IMG/VR virus record: IMGVR_UViG_3300035698_005334
Length of the DNA: 64,000 nt
Reading direction: 5' to 3' (one strand)
Source: an uncultured virus (IMG/VR IMGVR_UViG_3300035698_005334)
Taxonomy: Duplodnaviria; Heunggongvirae; Uroviricota; Caudoviricetes
Positions 55,901-63,176 of this stretch are shown in pieces (positions within the stretch are counted from its first letter, which is position 1; each line of letters begins with the position of its first letter). The notes under the pieces were generated by a model. The model was not told where the DNA came from. It searched no databases and saw nothing but the letters and a program-made list of their open reading frames with translations. Position numbers and translations under genes: made by a program.

Positions 55901-58486
55901 AACGCCTCTGTGATCCTCAAAGACGTCGTGACCGTTCTCGTTGACGCCTAGTTTTACCCATCCTTCTGCGCGAGGGGTCTCTTCCTCTACTGGGGCAGTG
56001 TCTTGTTCCTCGACAGGTTCTCCAAATTCATCGCCGTCTTCAGCGCTCTCCGTCTCATCGACGGGGCTATTTTCTTCTTCTGCTTCAGTGCTGCTCTCAG
56101 TCGGTACGCCCTCGTCGGTGACTTCATTGGTGGGTTCCTCTATTTCAGACAGGATCTCGTCGGCGTCCGCGTCCAAGTGCCGTTGGATCGCTTCCGCTGC
56201 ATCACCGTCGGCAGGCGTCATCGCCGCGATCTGCGCGATCTCGTCATCCGTAAGATCAACTTCAATGCCTTGGGCGGTCTCACCAAGGCGGATGCGATTG
56301 TCTTCGATCTCGTCATCGGTCATCGCGAGGGGATCGGGCTCGGCTTGCTCCCCTTCAATAGCGCCATCCATTTCCTCAACCGACAATGTTTTGTTGCTGG
56401 TTGGGCTGAACGGTGTCTTCGGCATATAACGGTCTGGATTGAAACCGGCCTCATCCAGAGCGCGACGTATTACTTCTCGTCCTGACTCGCCGAACGGTTC
56501 GTCCTCGATCAAGGCGCGCAGATCGTCGAAATCTCTGTCGCCTATTAAAGTTCGGGCCTGATCCCTGAGAGATTCAAGTTCGGCTTGTGTCTCATCAACC
56601 GCGTCTTTTTGAGACACAACGTCATTTGTCTCTTTTGCACGAGACTCAATCGCCGCCTTCTCAACGAGACCGTTGATCTCGGCATCGTAGATATTGGCGG
56701 CTTCCTCGCCCTGTTCGGCGCGGATCTCCTCGACCGTATCGTCGATAGCCTCGTTCCGGACATTGCCTTGTTTGGTGAAGTCTTGCGCAGCGCGCTTATA
56801 CAGCGCGGCCGTATCAAGCTCATCGGTCTCTTCCGGCGCTACGACGTCATCGGGAATTGGGGGCCCATCGTCTTCTGGCAGTAGCCGTGCGCGCTGTCCG
56901 CCCGTCTCCATGTTGGCCTCAACCTGGGCACCGCCTGGGAGAATATCGCCGTCGGGGACGTCCTGCCATTCCTCGGTCAGCTCGAAGGGAATAGTGACCG
57001 ATTCCGTTTCCTCGCCCATCTGCCCGGCGATAGCGGACTTGTGGTCGCCGTTCGCTTTCCACTCGTTCCATTCGTCGATCGTTAGTTCGGTGACGTCCTG
57101 TCGACGGGCTGGGCCCTTGCCGTCCGTGAACGACCTGTCGTATGCCGCCTCGGCCTCGGCCTTGCTCTTTGCGCCCGCGAAAACTTTATGTTCGTCAAAT
57201 TCTCCGGTTTCTAGGTTCTTCTGATCGACGACATAAACGTTGTCGCTTTGCAGGTCATCCATGACGTGGATATCAAGCGGATCGCCATCTGCACCCTCGG
57301 TCCCTTTTATATAACCATAATCATTATAGACGGGAGATTCCCACTGCGGCGGGACGTTGTTCTTGTCGCGGCGGATCGAACCCTTCTCGTTCTCAATCGC
57401 GACCTCGGTCCCTTCCAGCTTGCCCTTCAAGGACATGTGAACCTTCTGGTAATTCCCAGCGTTCGCCTGTCCTGGCGTCGGTTCGGCTGGGGTCGTCGGC
57501 GCATTCTTGATGTCTTCGGCGCTCGTTGCCTTGACCGGATCCGCTTTCGTACCCGTCCCAGTCGCCTCAGAGCCCGCCAGAGCGCCTTCGATCTCGTCGG
57601 GCGTGCTTGCACCCGGCAACGCCTTGTCAGGCATCAGGCCCGACGCGCCGCCCATCATCGTGCCACCTAGAAAGCCTGCCGCCGATGCGTTCGCGATGCG
57701 GGACAGTACCTCGGCCGACTTGGGAACGAAGCCGTGAACCTTCTCGGCCTCTATCGCGAGCGCTTCTTGGCTTCCTTCCGTGGCAGTCTCGATAACCGCG
57801 CCCTTCGCGGCCTCGCCTGTCACACGTCGCGCCACACGACGAGGGTCAGGCACTCCCTTACCCATACGCATTAGACGACCAACGGCCTTGATCGGGAGAA
57901 GGGAGTCGAGCGCGCCACCGGCAGCGCCGTACTTCACGGCAGTGTCCGCACGCTCATTCAGGGGAACGCCCAACTCAGCAAGATTGGCATTCACTTCGCC
58001 CGCGTTGAGGAGGGTGGACGCGGCAAACCCTCCACCGATCGCGCCGATAGGACCAGCGACAACGCCGCCCGCCAGTGCGCCCGCAACCGACGTCCCCATG
58101 GATGGGATTAGGTTCCCAGCTTGGAACGCCGACCACTTACCCGCCCGCGTAAGCGTATCGATAACGTCTTTGCCGGGGATGTCTTCGAGCGTCGGGACTG
58201 CGCCCTGATACTGCTCGGCTTCCCGTGTGTTGCGCTCACGGATCTCAGCGCCCTTCTGACGGAGGTAATCGCTGTTGATCTTCTCGCCCGCAATCTCAAC
58301 AGCACTACCGCCCGCGCCTTGGGCGAAATCAACGCCGCCCTTCAAGCCTTTGACGAATTCCCCGTCTTCGCCTTCGCCTTCAGGTGCTCCCGTGCGGAAG
58401 AGTTCTTCGCCTGAGACCCCACTGGTTCCCGCATTAGCAAGAGCGCCGCCTCCGAATACCTCTTCCGCACTAAACGTTCGTGCCAT
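46946..58486 (-). CDS. Giant (3846 aa) DarB-like polyvalent ejection protein: PPase-like, N6-MTase, SNF2 helicase, zincin-like and LPD38-like domains
   Basis: DYGYIKGTEGADGDPLD (~57.3 kb); EPGMGIGNF and IGNPPF (~54.9-55.1 kb); AHAVGAGKT, FVDEAH, EQRNGR.LRQGN (~51.2-52.8 kb); RHEIIH (~50.0 kb); RLPKPFEVG C-terminus. Confidence 0.9.
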   Translation of the reverse strand: MARTFSAEEVFGGGALANAGTSGVSGEELFRTGAPEGEGEDGEFVKGLKGGVDFAQGAGGSAVEIAGEKINSDYLRQKGAEIRERNTREAEQYQGAVPTLEDIPGKDVIDTLTRAGKWSAFQAGNLIPSMGTSVAGALAGGVVAGPIGAIGGGFAASTLLNAGEVNANLAELGVPLNERADTAVKYGAAGGALDSLLPIKAVGRLMRMGKGVPDPRRVARRVTGEAAKGAVIETATEGSQEALAIEAEKVHGFVPKSAEVLSRIANASAAGFLGGTMMGGASGLMPDKALPGASTPDEIEGALAGSEATGTGTKADPVKATSAEDIKNAPTTPAEPTPGQANAGNYQKVHMSLKGKLEGTEVAIENEKGSIRRDKNNVPPQWESPVYNDYGYIKGTEGADGDPLDIHVMDDLQSDNVYVVDQKNLETGEFDEHKVFAGAKSKAEAEAAYDRSFTDGKGPARRQDVTELTIDEWNEWKANGDHKSAIAGQMGEETESVTIPFELTEEWQDVPDGDILPGGAQVEANMETGGQRARLLPEDDGPPIPDDVVAPEETDELDTAALYKRAAQDFTKQGNVRNEAIDDTVEEIRAEQGEEAANIYDAEINGLVEKAAIESRAKETNDVVSQKDAVDETQAELESLRDQARTLIGDRDFDDLRALIEDEPFGESGREVIRRALDEAGFNPDRYMPKTPFSPTSNKTLSVEEMDGAIEGEQAEPDPLAMTDDEIEDNRIRLGETAQGIEVDLTDDEIAQIAAMTPADGDAAEAIQRHLDADADEILSEIEEPTNEVTDEGVPTESSTEAEEENSPVDETESAEDGDEFGEPVEEQDTAPVEEETPRAEGWVKLGVNENGHDVFEDHRGVRSVVQDGVRHTEPVQMSPDGSISVNRLSNERDRTYEPVEAEPEPGIPVTAKETERTDDAELQDDVLAGDVGESAQDDEGSTVDERTGEAPDGESAGDGAADPTDDGAKTDDGPGEGGEGSGLGADDGVSRDDDSLVAGENHRIEPGSLDETRGWKTKARDNLSAIRLVREIEAEGRPATKGEQSRIAKYVGWGGIANAFPNDKGEFGKGFDDIGTELRDLLTDTEYATARRSIQYAHYTSEAIVRSMWTGVERMGFKGGQVFEPGMGIGNFLGMAPDGVNIDYSGLELDHMTARIARLLYPNSGVRRDDFTEAPLPENQYDLVIGNPPFSDTVIKSDPKYAARGFMLHDYFFAKSLDSVRPGGLLAFITSAGTMNKISTDAREYLAERADLAGSIRLPGNAFEKNAGTAVTTDIIFLRKKVEGEELSAVDGIALPEQWVGTVERTLPNKEGVPTKGQVSKWFSDNPSLVIGEEGFFDRLYPGRYGVRWTEKFSYTKPLAVAIDSLPQNVMSERLNPHDTAVADFGTSERKEGSFYVGRDGNLLQMNEGIGREVPKRGKGVKGGKTAKDIEVIKSLIPIRDSLRAVYEADLAEDGENASKARKRLNEEYDAYIADNGPINTEVRSFRRPSIVEQEVARAEAREEARYAGTPFDEGTFNAIDIVQLAEDNLQKRPTMAQMARMRKDARENHTGTETWSEGTFDSEGMSDKVVVKRPNIDAFMDDPESYRIRAVEHYDSVTDEAKKSLVFTENVVSRDPEPQIDSVGDAVMHVMNTQGRFILSEVAAMAKKSEDAVTAELGEKIYMDPSSKEWVTAEEYLSGNVRKKLRIATAEADRNPAIKRNVSALEDSQPIPLPYTDIAASIGMPWIPESVVQQFGTEALGLDTVRAKYQSKIGQWFISGDMKSVAAVDTWGTKHMPATKLMQFAANRKDPKIFDQVMGENGKLKPVLNPELTQAAQDKLAEIKIKFREWIWEDDARRLELAESYNEKFNSLVVREYSGDYLTTPGISREWSWRPHQTSVVARIIQSGNTYMAHAVGAGKTSAMIGAGMEMKRLGLVNKPMYAVPNHMLGQFTKEFYEQYPTARIAVADDRAFHTSRRRQFMANAALSDLDAVIITHSSFKQIPISGSFEGEFIKEQIAEYREVLAMIPDDEDNRYTRKQVENRIEKFEQQLKGGGASKGDGVFTFEEMGVDFLFVDEAHLFRKLDFATTMQNIKGIDSNGSQASWDLYVKTRYLETIKPRRNLVFASGTAVTNTMAELFSVSRYMDTPMLRENGIESFDAWAASFGDTVTELEQNPAGGYKSVTRFGQFVNMPELSLIVRQTMDVVTSKQLGQYVTRPELEGGKREMVIAPSTPAIKAYQETLGNRMLAIENRGRPAAKGEDIILSVIGDGRKSAIDMRLVDAKLKGDPDSKLNMLVDSVFEIWESTKLQPFHEAGPDGYSVDPVDVGPATQMVFSGLGIHGKEFSTHKYIAAELHRRGVPKSEIALFGDYKRAVDKQRLFNDMNEGTKRVLIGSMSMATGVNAQRRLYASHNLDPLWFPAEDEQRNGRSLRQGNMNPFIRIRDYSTKGTYDSQMWHLMEKKARFIQQFFEGDPEMRNMEDLGEAGQYQQAKALSTSDERVMILTEAQQDLEKAERRKSAFARQQHGIQDRVSRAHRAIVRYDETIPKIEKDIEQSVDTAGAAFTGKIQGAAYDERVKFGERLLGEILRVIDLKQVVDDQVVGEIGGFPLAINTREYKEFGKKTTTFEGWATIIRNDDRSSDADSSSALGITQKLENIVSRLPEELADSIEDREQYKNEVEQFEPLLDKKFEGDAELAELRNKVWTLEEELEKGAAAVETPWQDALLGTDVDPDNAWRLAMSYSTGTGLTPAAEASWPDIRDRVNEIFETMAPEGTTLEIKDRLFGEGESLVRSGMETGDRAEIAGQYLYESDIIRVAMRADDPVESVRHEIIHALRKFFTPQEWALLEREAGAWKEHWGVEDLEEATAYEFGAFRRGETRKRLPVITRMFKKATQFLNRVANMMHGLGFQTYEDVFLSVESGEVSQRTPSDIEGGGRDSYSIGSMMASVAKMDSDHRVRGTDTQEAAMEHGMGQKETGFFEQVRRAVDWWKKRGVASMRQGFLDQWDAVKQLELNSLGSIPDAMASAYKAVRMTTNIHSVMASVLREGPLEVYTNDQGDKWFKTRKGFEGGFEAIFMDLAKAGTLHLWKGWAIANRANRLKGETGRDGKSRENRMSQEQIDELLKLGDQYPEFQQVLDRWMEFNRAMLDMAEQSGVINKEQRAVWEHADYVPFYRLLEDDTQSPNTGQSGGVEGQRSGVQYLTGRDEKVNDVLENMILNMTHLVDASMKNMAMQKVEALALDAGVMEKLGRAYKPALIPPAQIKEKIAEWMEIDPDDLDLSDVEMNSLVQMMQIAAPTGPDVVSVMREGKILYRRVTDPMLLRSLTSLHQSQLGGIMVAFRMAKRVLTESVTLDPAFMVANVLRDTMSAWVVSGQKGLIPGVDTVKGFKKAIMGSASLTSIMSAGGGSGGFYDITPGSVRKQLDEKLRGDSKMGLLNTGHKIWRFWHKIGAASEAANRIAVFDAIKKNGGTDAEAAYQALDLMDFSMRGDFAAMRVLIEMVPFMNARIQGLYRLGRGFNENRKMFLLRGSIIMGATMALMAANMDNDDYEALEEWDKDTYYHFFVGGEHFRLPKPFEVGVIFSTVPERFVRSIMGKDDLNTSGERLVRMFLDTFALDPTPQLVKPLLEQAANKIKFTGRPIVGLGLDRLTPEAQYDSNTSETARILGDVLPEWMGDAQSPKRIEALIRGYTGSLGLYALQGADALVRTFGDYPEKPSMRWDNMPVVKRFWRSNPAYSTKYSTQFYEQYNEINSLFSTIKEYRKRGDVDAATELLEDNRDKLRVRGMLNNAYKMLSSLNQRTRAIQVSDMSADEKRAAIDKVLQRKNDITKRVMTSTPVTGSLMNYLFDNPDVADAVKNAAGR

Positions 58487-58497
58487 GGAGCATTACC

Positions 58498-60669
58498 TTA
58501 TGTTGGTTGGGGAACGAGAGCGCCGGTTTGTGCTTGCGGTGGGGGATCGAACTTCCCTTCGCCTGCGTACTTCGCGGTTATCCCGTTCATCTTGTAATTA
58601 TTCCCGGGAACCATGCCCTTGTAATTAATCTGCCCGTCTTTCATGGGCATAGGCGTGCTGGGAGATTTACCCTCGGCAATGTCTTCCGCCCGTCGCTGGG
58701 CACCCTGATAGTCAATCTCGCCAAGCCCGTCCTTGCCTTGGGCCTTGATGTCGGCCGCATAAGCGTCAGCCATGACCTTCTTCTTAAACTGACTGGCATC
58801 TTGGAAATACTTGGACCGAGCGAGGGCGTGCTTCGCCTTCGAACTTGTAAGGCTGGTCAGAACCGTTGCCGCCTTCAACGCGCTGTCGTATGACTTCCCG
58901 CTTGCCCTGGTGCGAGCCGAGTCACGAGCCGCCCGGTGTTTCTGATTGGCAAGCCCGGCGTCACCAATAGCCTGCAACGCGGAACGTCCGGGCTGCGCGG
59001 CCATCATGTTTAGGCCCAAATTGAGCATGGTGTCGTTCCGGTCGCTCTTGTCCTGCTTCGCCTGGGCTTCCGGCGACAACGCCCCTTGTCGTTCCAACAG
59101 CGCGAGGATCTTGTCCTCGAAGCTTACGCCACCGGCACCGTTGGTTTTTAGACCTTGCTCGCCAGCGCCAGATAACGCGCCTTGCTGTGAATCGTCGGCA
59201 TTAAGCTCATCGTTATCCGTCGGGCCGGTCTGTCGACTATTCTGCGTGCCGGGGTTCGCTGCTCCCGGCGCGCTTTGCGCGGTGGAAGGCGTTACCGGGG
59301 TGGTGCCCGTCAACTTATCGACTGCGGGCCCGACCTTGCTGGCCAATGCCCCCATTTCCCCAGTGGCATCTTTCCATGCTTTGTTGCCCGTTCGCTTGGC
59401 GGCTTCGTACCAATCGGAACCGTATTTCGCAGCAGCCGCGCCTGCTTCAGGGAAGTTTTTCTTAATCACCCTACCAGCGGCATCGATAGGATTTTTCTTC
59501 AACGTCCGCTGAGTAGCGTCGAGACCTTCACGGGCCCGTGACTCCAACGAGTCACTGTCCGCGCCGACAGACTCCCCGCGCTGCGGAACCCCATTCCTTA
59601 CCGCATCATTGCCCTGCATGTTCGAGGGCCCGTTTGTATTGCGATTAAAGGCATCCATCGAAAATGTCGGCATCGGCATACCCGGACGGGCCGGTGGCGC
59701 TGTGGCTGTCGTCGGTAAGGATGCGGTCGGACCACCAGCCGCGAACCTGTTGGCCGACAAATCTCGCGCGGAGAACTCTCCGGGGTTCGCGTTCTGAATG
59801 GTCGGGTTCGGATTGTTCGCACCAAACCCGGGACGCCCGCCTTGAAGCGCCCCGGTCACACCGGCCATTTTCTGACGGAGAGCAACAGGGTCAACGGAAC
59901 CGTCCTTCGGAGCCACCGGTGGCATCTGCTGTGCCATTGGATCCTGTGCGGGACCGCCCATCATCGTCCCACGGCCAGGAACGCCAGGGATCTGCGGGTT
60001 CTTCAACTCCGCCAACTGTTTGGCGCTAATTTTCTCAAGGTTGGTTTGGACCCCTTGCAGGTAGCTCCGGGTGCCTGAATTCATATCAGCGGGCTTGGCA
60101 CCACCCTTGATCCACTTGTCCGTCGCGCCGGGGCCCATGTTGTAAGCAGCAAGAGCCTTCGGAAGATCGTTATCGTACTTCTTCATTTGCTTCGCGAGGT
60201 AGGCTGCGCCACCCATGATGTTTTGACGGGGATCCATGCGATCCGTAACGCCCATCTCTGCCGCCGCTTCCTCGTGCAACTGCATGGGTCCAACGGCTTT
60301 GCCACCATCACCCTTTGCGGTGTTGGGGGACTTTTCGCCGCCCGATTCCCGCATCTGCACAGCTTTTATGATCTGAGGATCTATGCCGTATTTTTTACCG
60401 GCCTCATCGAAGATCGTGTCGTAGTCGGACGGGCCCGTAATATCGAACTCATCTCCTTGATCGTCAGCGCTGGCCTTCCCCGCGTGCTCTTGGATCTTCG
60501 CCATGGCAGCTTGGTGCAGAGCGCCGCCCAGCAACTTATCTGTCTCGCGCGGCTGTACCGGCCTCCCCGGGACTTCGGGCGCGGCCGGTGGGCCTCCGCC
60601 TGCATTGATACCTGGGCCTGCCATCTGAGGAATACCTTGGCCCTGCGGAATTTGTGATCCGATCGGCAT
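58498..60669 (-). CDS. Internal virion protein with a lytic transglycosylase (SLT) domain
   Basis: IIKAVQMRESGG, AVGPMQL, DPRQNIMGGAAYL, ALAAYNMGPG. Confidence 0.88.
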   Translation of the reverse strand: MPIGSQIPQGQGIPQMAGPGINAGGGPPAAPEVPGRPVQPRETDKLLGGALHQAAMAKIQEHAGKASADDQGDEFDITGPSDYDTIFDEAGKKYGIDPQIIKAVQMRESGGEKSPNTAKGDGGKAVGPMQLHEEAAAEMGVTDRMDPRQNIMGGAAYLAKQMKKYDNDLPKALAAYNMGPGATDKWIKGGAKPADMNSGTRSYLQGVQTNLEKISAKQLAELKNPQIPGVPGRGTMMGGPAQDPMAQQMPPVAPKDGSVDPVALRQKMAGVTGALQGGRPGFGANNPNPTIQNANPGEFSARDLSANRFAAGGPTASLPTTATAPPARPGMPMPTFSMDAFNRNTNGPSNMQGNDAVRNGVPQRGESVGADSDSLESRAREGLDATQRTLKKNPIDAAGRVIKKNFPEAGAAAAKYGSDWYEAAKRTGNKAWKDATGEMGALASKVGPAVDKLTGTTPVTPSTAQSAPGAANPGTQNSRQTGPTDNDELNADDSQQGALSGAGEQGLKTNGAGGVSFEDKILALLERQGALSPEAQAKQDKSDRNDTMLNLGLNMMAAQPGRSALQAIGDAGLANQKHRAARDSARTRASGKSYDSALKAATVLTSLTSSKAKHALARSKYFQDASQFKKKVMADAYAADIKAQGKDGLGEIDYQGAQRRAEDIAEGKSPSTPMPMKDGQINYKGMVPGNNYKMNGITAKYAGEGKFDPPPQAQTGALVPQPT

Positions 60670-60683
60670 AATAAAACCCCTTG

Positions 60684-61577
60684 TTATCCTGAGAAGGAAC
60701 CGTAGATCGATGCAGCCGCCAGACCGGCACCAGCCGCCTGGGAAAGGCCGCTCGACTGATCTGTGAACCGCTGACCGTCAGTCGTTGAATTGGTCGTCTT
60801 GTTGTGCGGAACGCCTTGAAGCGCACCCAGGACGAAGTTGAGGTTTTCGTAAGGCCAGTTACGTTCCTCAAGGAAGTCGCCGTATGCGGTGTCGAGAGAA
60901 GCCTGTTCAAGGCTCTGCTGCTGCGCCCCGGTAGCGCTAAGATTGAGGACATCGGCTGTGCCAAGAGCCCCGGTATTTTGAGCGATTGATTCGTAATTGT
61001 CTGAACCGGACAGAGACGCCTTCCTGTCGAGATCAAACCGCGCGGCACCGGACTCGTATCCGGTATGCGCGCCCTTCAATGCTAGATCCGCAGAGCTTTC
61101 GAGGAACTGCTCATCATCGAGCGAATCTCTGATCCCATGTCGGGCTCCGCCATACGCTCCGGCAGATACAGCATCCGCGTCACGAAACTTTGCCATACGC
61201 TGGTATTGGTCTTCGAGGTTCCCCATTGCGATATCCGTCACGCCCTGCTGATAGGGGTTCAAATACCCTTCCCTCTGCTGATCGGAGATCGTGTTCCACT
61301 GTTGGGTTCCCTGGTCGGTCAGAAAGCCAGCCTGATCTAACGCTGGCTGGAAGTTTCCGACATTGTCCCGCGTAAGCTGGAACGCTGATTGTTGATCGTC
61401 GTTGAACCCGGCAACACGCGGATCCGTATAGACCGGATATTCCTGCTGACCGATCTCCTTCGCCTGCTCGAACAACTGCTCGCCGCCAGTCGAGATGTAC
61501 TCGGGTAGCTCGGTGACGTTATTAATCGTCGTCGTCTCTGGCTGTGCGGTAGGCTCGCTCTCGCAGAAAAAGGCCAT
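60684..61577 (-). CDS. Putative DNA ejection/transfer protein
   Basis: YLNPYQQGV, AGAYGGARHG, C-terminal Gly/Ala hydrophobic tail. Confidence 0.75.
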   Translation of the reverse strand: MAFFCESEPTAQPETTTINNVTELPEYISTGGEQLFEQAKEIGQQEYPVYTDPRVAGFNDDQQSAFQLTRDNVGNFQPALDQAGFLTDQGTQQWNTISDQQREGYLNPYQQGVTDIAMGNLEDQYQRMAKFRDADAVSAGAYGGARHGIRDSLDDEQFLESSADLALKGAHTGYESGAARFDLDRKASLSGSDNYESIAQNTGALGTADVLNLSATGAQQQSLEQASLDTAYGDFLEERNWPYENLNFVLGALQGVPHNKTTNSTTDGQRFTDQSSGLSQAAGAGLAAASIYGSFSG

Positions 61578-61578
61578 G

Positions 61579-62127
61579 CTACATTCCTCTTACAAAGAAG
61601 CTCCCGGCTTTGGTGAAGCCGTGCTTGGTAAAGAATTTGTCTTTGCGGTCCACGTCTTTTCCGTAGAACACGCCCATTCGAAGGACCGCGCCAGGGTAGA
61701 CCTCGTCGATGGCAGTCTTTAGGGACGAGATCAATTCGACCGGGGCTCGCGTGTTGCGGCGAAACTTGGATCGAACGTAGTACCAGAGATCCCCGAAGTG
61801 CTTGTCGTCGCCCCACCAATCAGGGTGCGCCTCGATGGCGACAGATCCGATAAGCTCTTTGGTCTCTTCGTCCTCGGCAATCAGAACGTACCCGTTCGTG
61901 ATGCACGAGATAATCCGTGACATCGTCTTATTCGGGTTGATCTTCGACATCATGAGCGGCGTTTCTTCGTGCATCTCATAGAGCATGACGAGGATCGCGC
62001 TCGCGTCGAACTGGATGGCGGGCCGGATCGTTAATTTGATCGGCTCCGCCTTGGGCGCGGGTTCCGGCTCCCGCCTGTTCTGGACAGGCAACCTTTTAAT
62101 GGGTGCCGCCAATGCTGCTTCAGCCAT
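61579..62127 (-). CDS. GNAT-family acetyltransferase-like protein
   Basis: IRPAIQFD, WYYVRSKFRR, KFFTKHGF. Confidence 0.75.
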   Translation of the reverse strand: MAEAALAAPIKRLPVQNRREPEPAPKAEPIKLTIRPAIQFDASAILVMLYEMHEETPLMMSKINPNKTMSRIISCITNGYVLIAEDEETKELIGSVAIEAHPDWWGDDKHFGDLWYYVRSKFRRNTRAPVELISSLKTAIDEVYPGAVLRMGVFYGKDVDRKDKFFTKHGFTKAGSFFVRGM

Positions 62128-62158
62128 TTAAACGTCCTTTAATATTTGTTTGATCGCG

Positions 62159-62938
62159 CTACCAGGCGTCACTGGGGTCACCCGCTCCGGGGCCACCGCC
62201 GCCGCTACCACCAGTATCGTCATCCCCACTTCCTGAACCGTTTCCACCGACACCGGGCGCACCGGGCTCGGCGGCGTCAGGCGCATCGGGTGCATCGGCA
62301 CCAATATCGGCAGGGTCAGAGTTCGCGGTTCCCTGAGCTGCTGCCGCCGCTGCCGCCGATGCTGCGGCATCAACGTCCGCACCAACGTCTTCGGCGGTTG
62401 ATGTGGTGCCTACATCCGGACCCTCAGAGTTGGCCTCATGGTCCTGCTCATTGGAGAACAGAGACTGAATGCCCATTATGGCCCTTGCGATAGTGAACGG
62501 GACCGACAGGATATTGAGGGCCGGAATAGCTAGTGAGAGAAAGGTAAGGCCCGTCGATATTTCTGACAGTGAAAGGTTCCCCGTAAATCCGTTCTCCTCG
62601 TCGTCGGGCGTTGCGTCGGGATCCCCGTCCAATAGAGTATCTTGGAAAGGGTTTTGGTCAGACTGCGACGGCGGTGCCGTAAGCGCCCCACCCCCAGCCT
62701 GCGGACCTCCTTCTCCTTCAGGGAGATCGGGGAAGGCCAATCCGGACGAATTAAAGAAGCGGTGCCCACCGAGACCGCCCTCTTGGCCGAACGTGCGACC
62801 GGCTCCGGTGGGAAGAGGGGTAAGCGTTCTCGCGTACTCGCTGCCAACGGCATTGTTGGAGGATCCAGAGCCAGAAAGTGCGCCGGTTTCGTCTGAGAAC
62901 GGATCTACATAAGACATACTATTTCCCCAAAACCCCAC
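62159..62938 (-). CDS. Acidic Gly-rich protein with a hydrophobic segment, probable ejection-module protein
   Basis: 259 aa; GLTFLSLAIPALNILSVPFTIA segment; start may be MSYVDP. Confidence 0.6.
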   Translation of the reverse strand: MGFWGNSMSYVDPFSDETGALSGSGSSNNAVGSEYARTLTPLPTGAGRTFGQEGGLGGHRFFNSSGLAFPDLPEGEGGPQAGGGALTAPPSQSDQNPFQDTLLDGDPDATPDDEENGFTGNLSLSEISTGLTFLSLAIPALNILSVPFTIARAIMGIQSLFSNEQDHEANSEGPDVGTTSTAEDVGADVDAAASAAAAAAAQGTANSDPADIGADAPDAPDAAEPGAPGVGGNGSGSGDDDTGGSGGGGPGAGDPSDAW

Positions 62939-63176
62939 AGGTTTTCATGTCGGTGATTAGTGTACCAAGAACATCGGCGATTTCCGCAAGAGTAGTGCTA
63001 TCGGCGTCGAACGTCTTTGTCTTTGTGACGTTCGTAGGAGCCGCCCAGCCCGTCGAATATGGCTGACCCATCCTAGTCTGCATGGATACGAGCGCTCTCG
63101 TGAGATCCCTAGCCCAGTGCGAACTATATTCGTCTTGGGATTCGGGAAGCCGGATAGAGGAATTATTTAGGCTCAT
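62919..63176 (-). CDS. Hypothetical virion protein
   Basis: 85 aa coupled to the nozzle gene; LAEIADVLGTLITD. Confidence 0.65.
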   Translation of the reverse strand: MSLNNSSIRLPESQDEYSSHWARDLTRALVSMQTRMGQPYSTGWAAPTNVTKTKTFDADSTTLAEIADVLGTLITDMKTCGVLGK

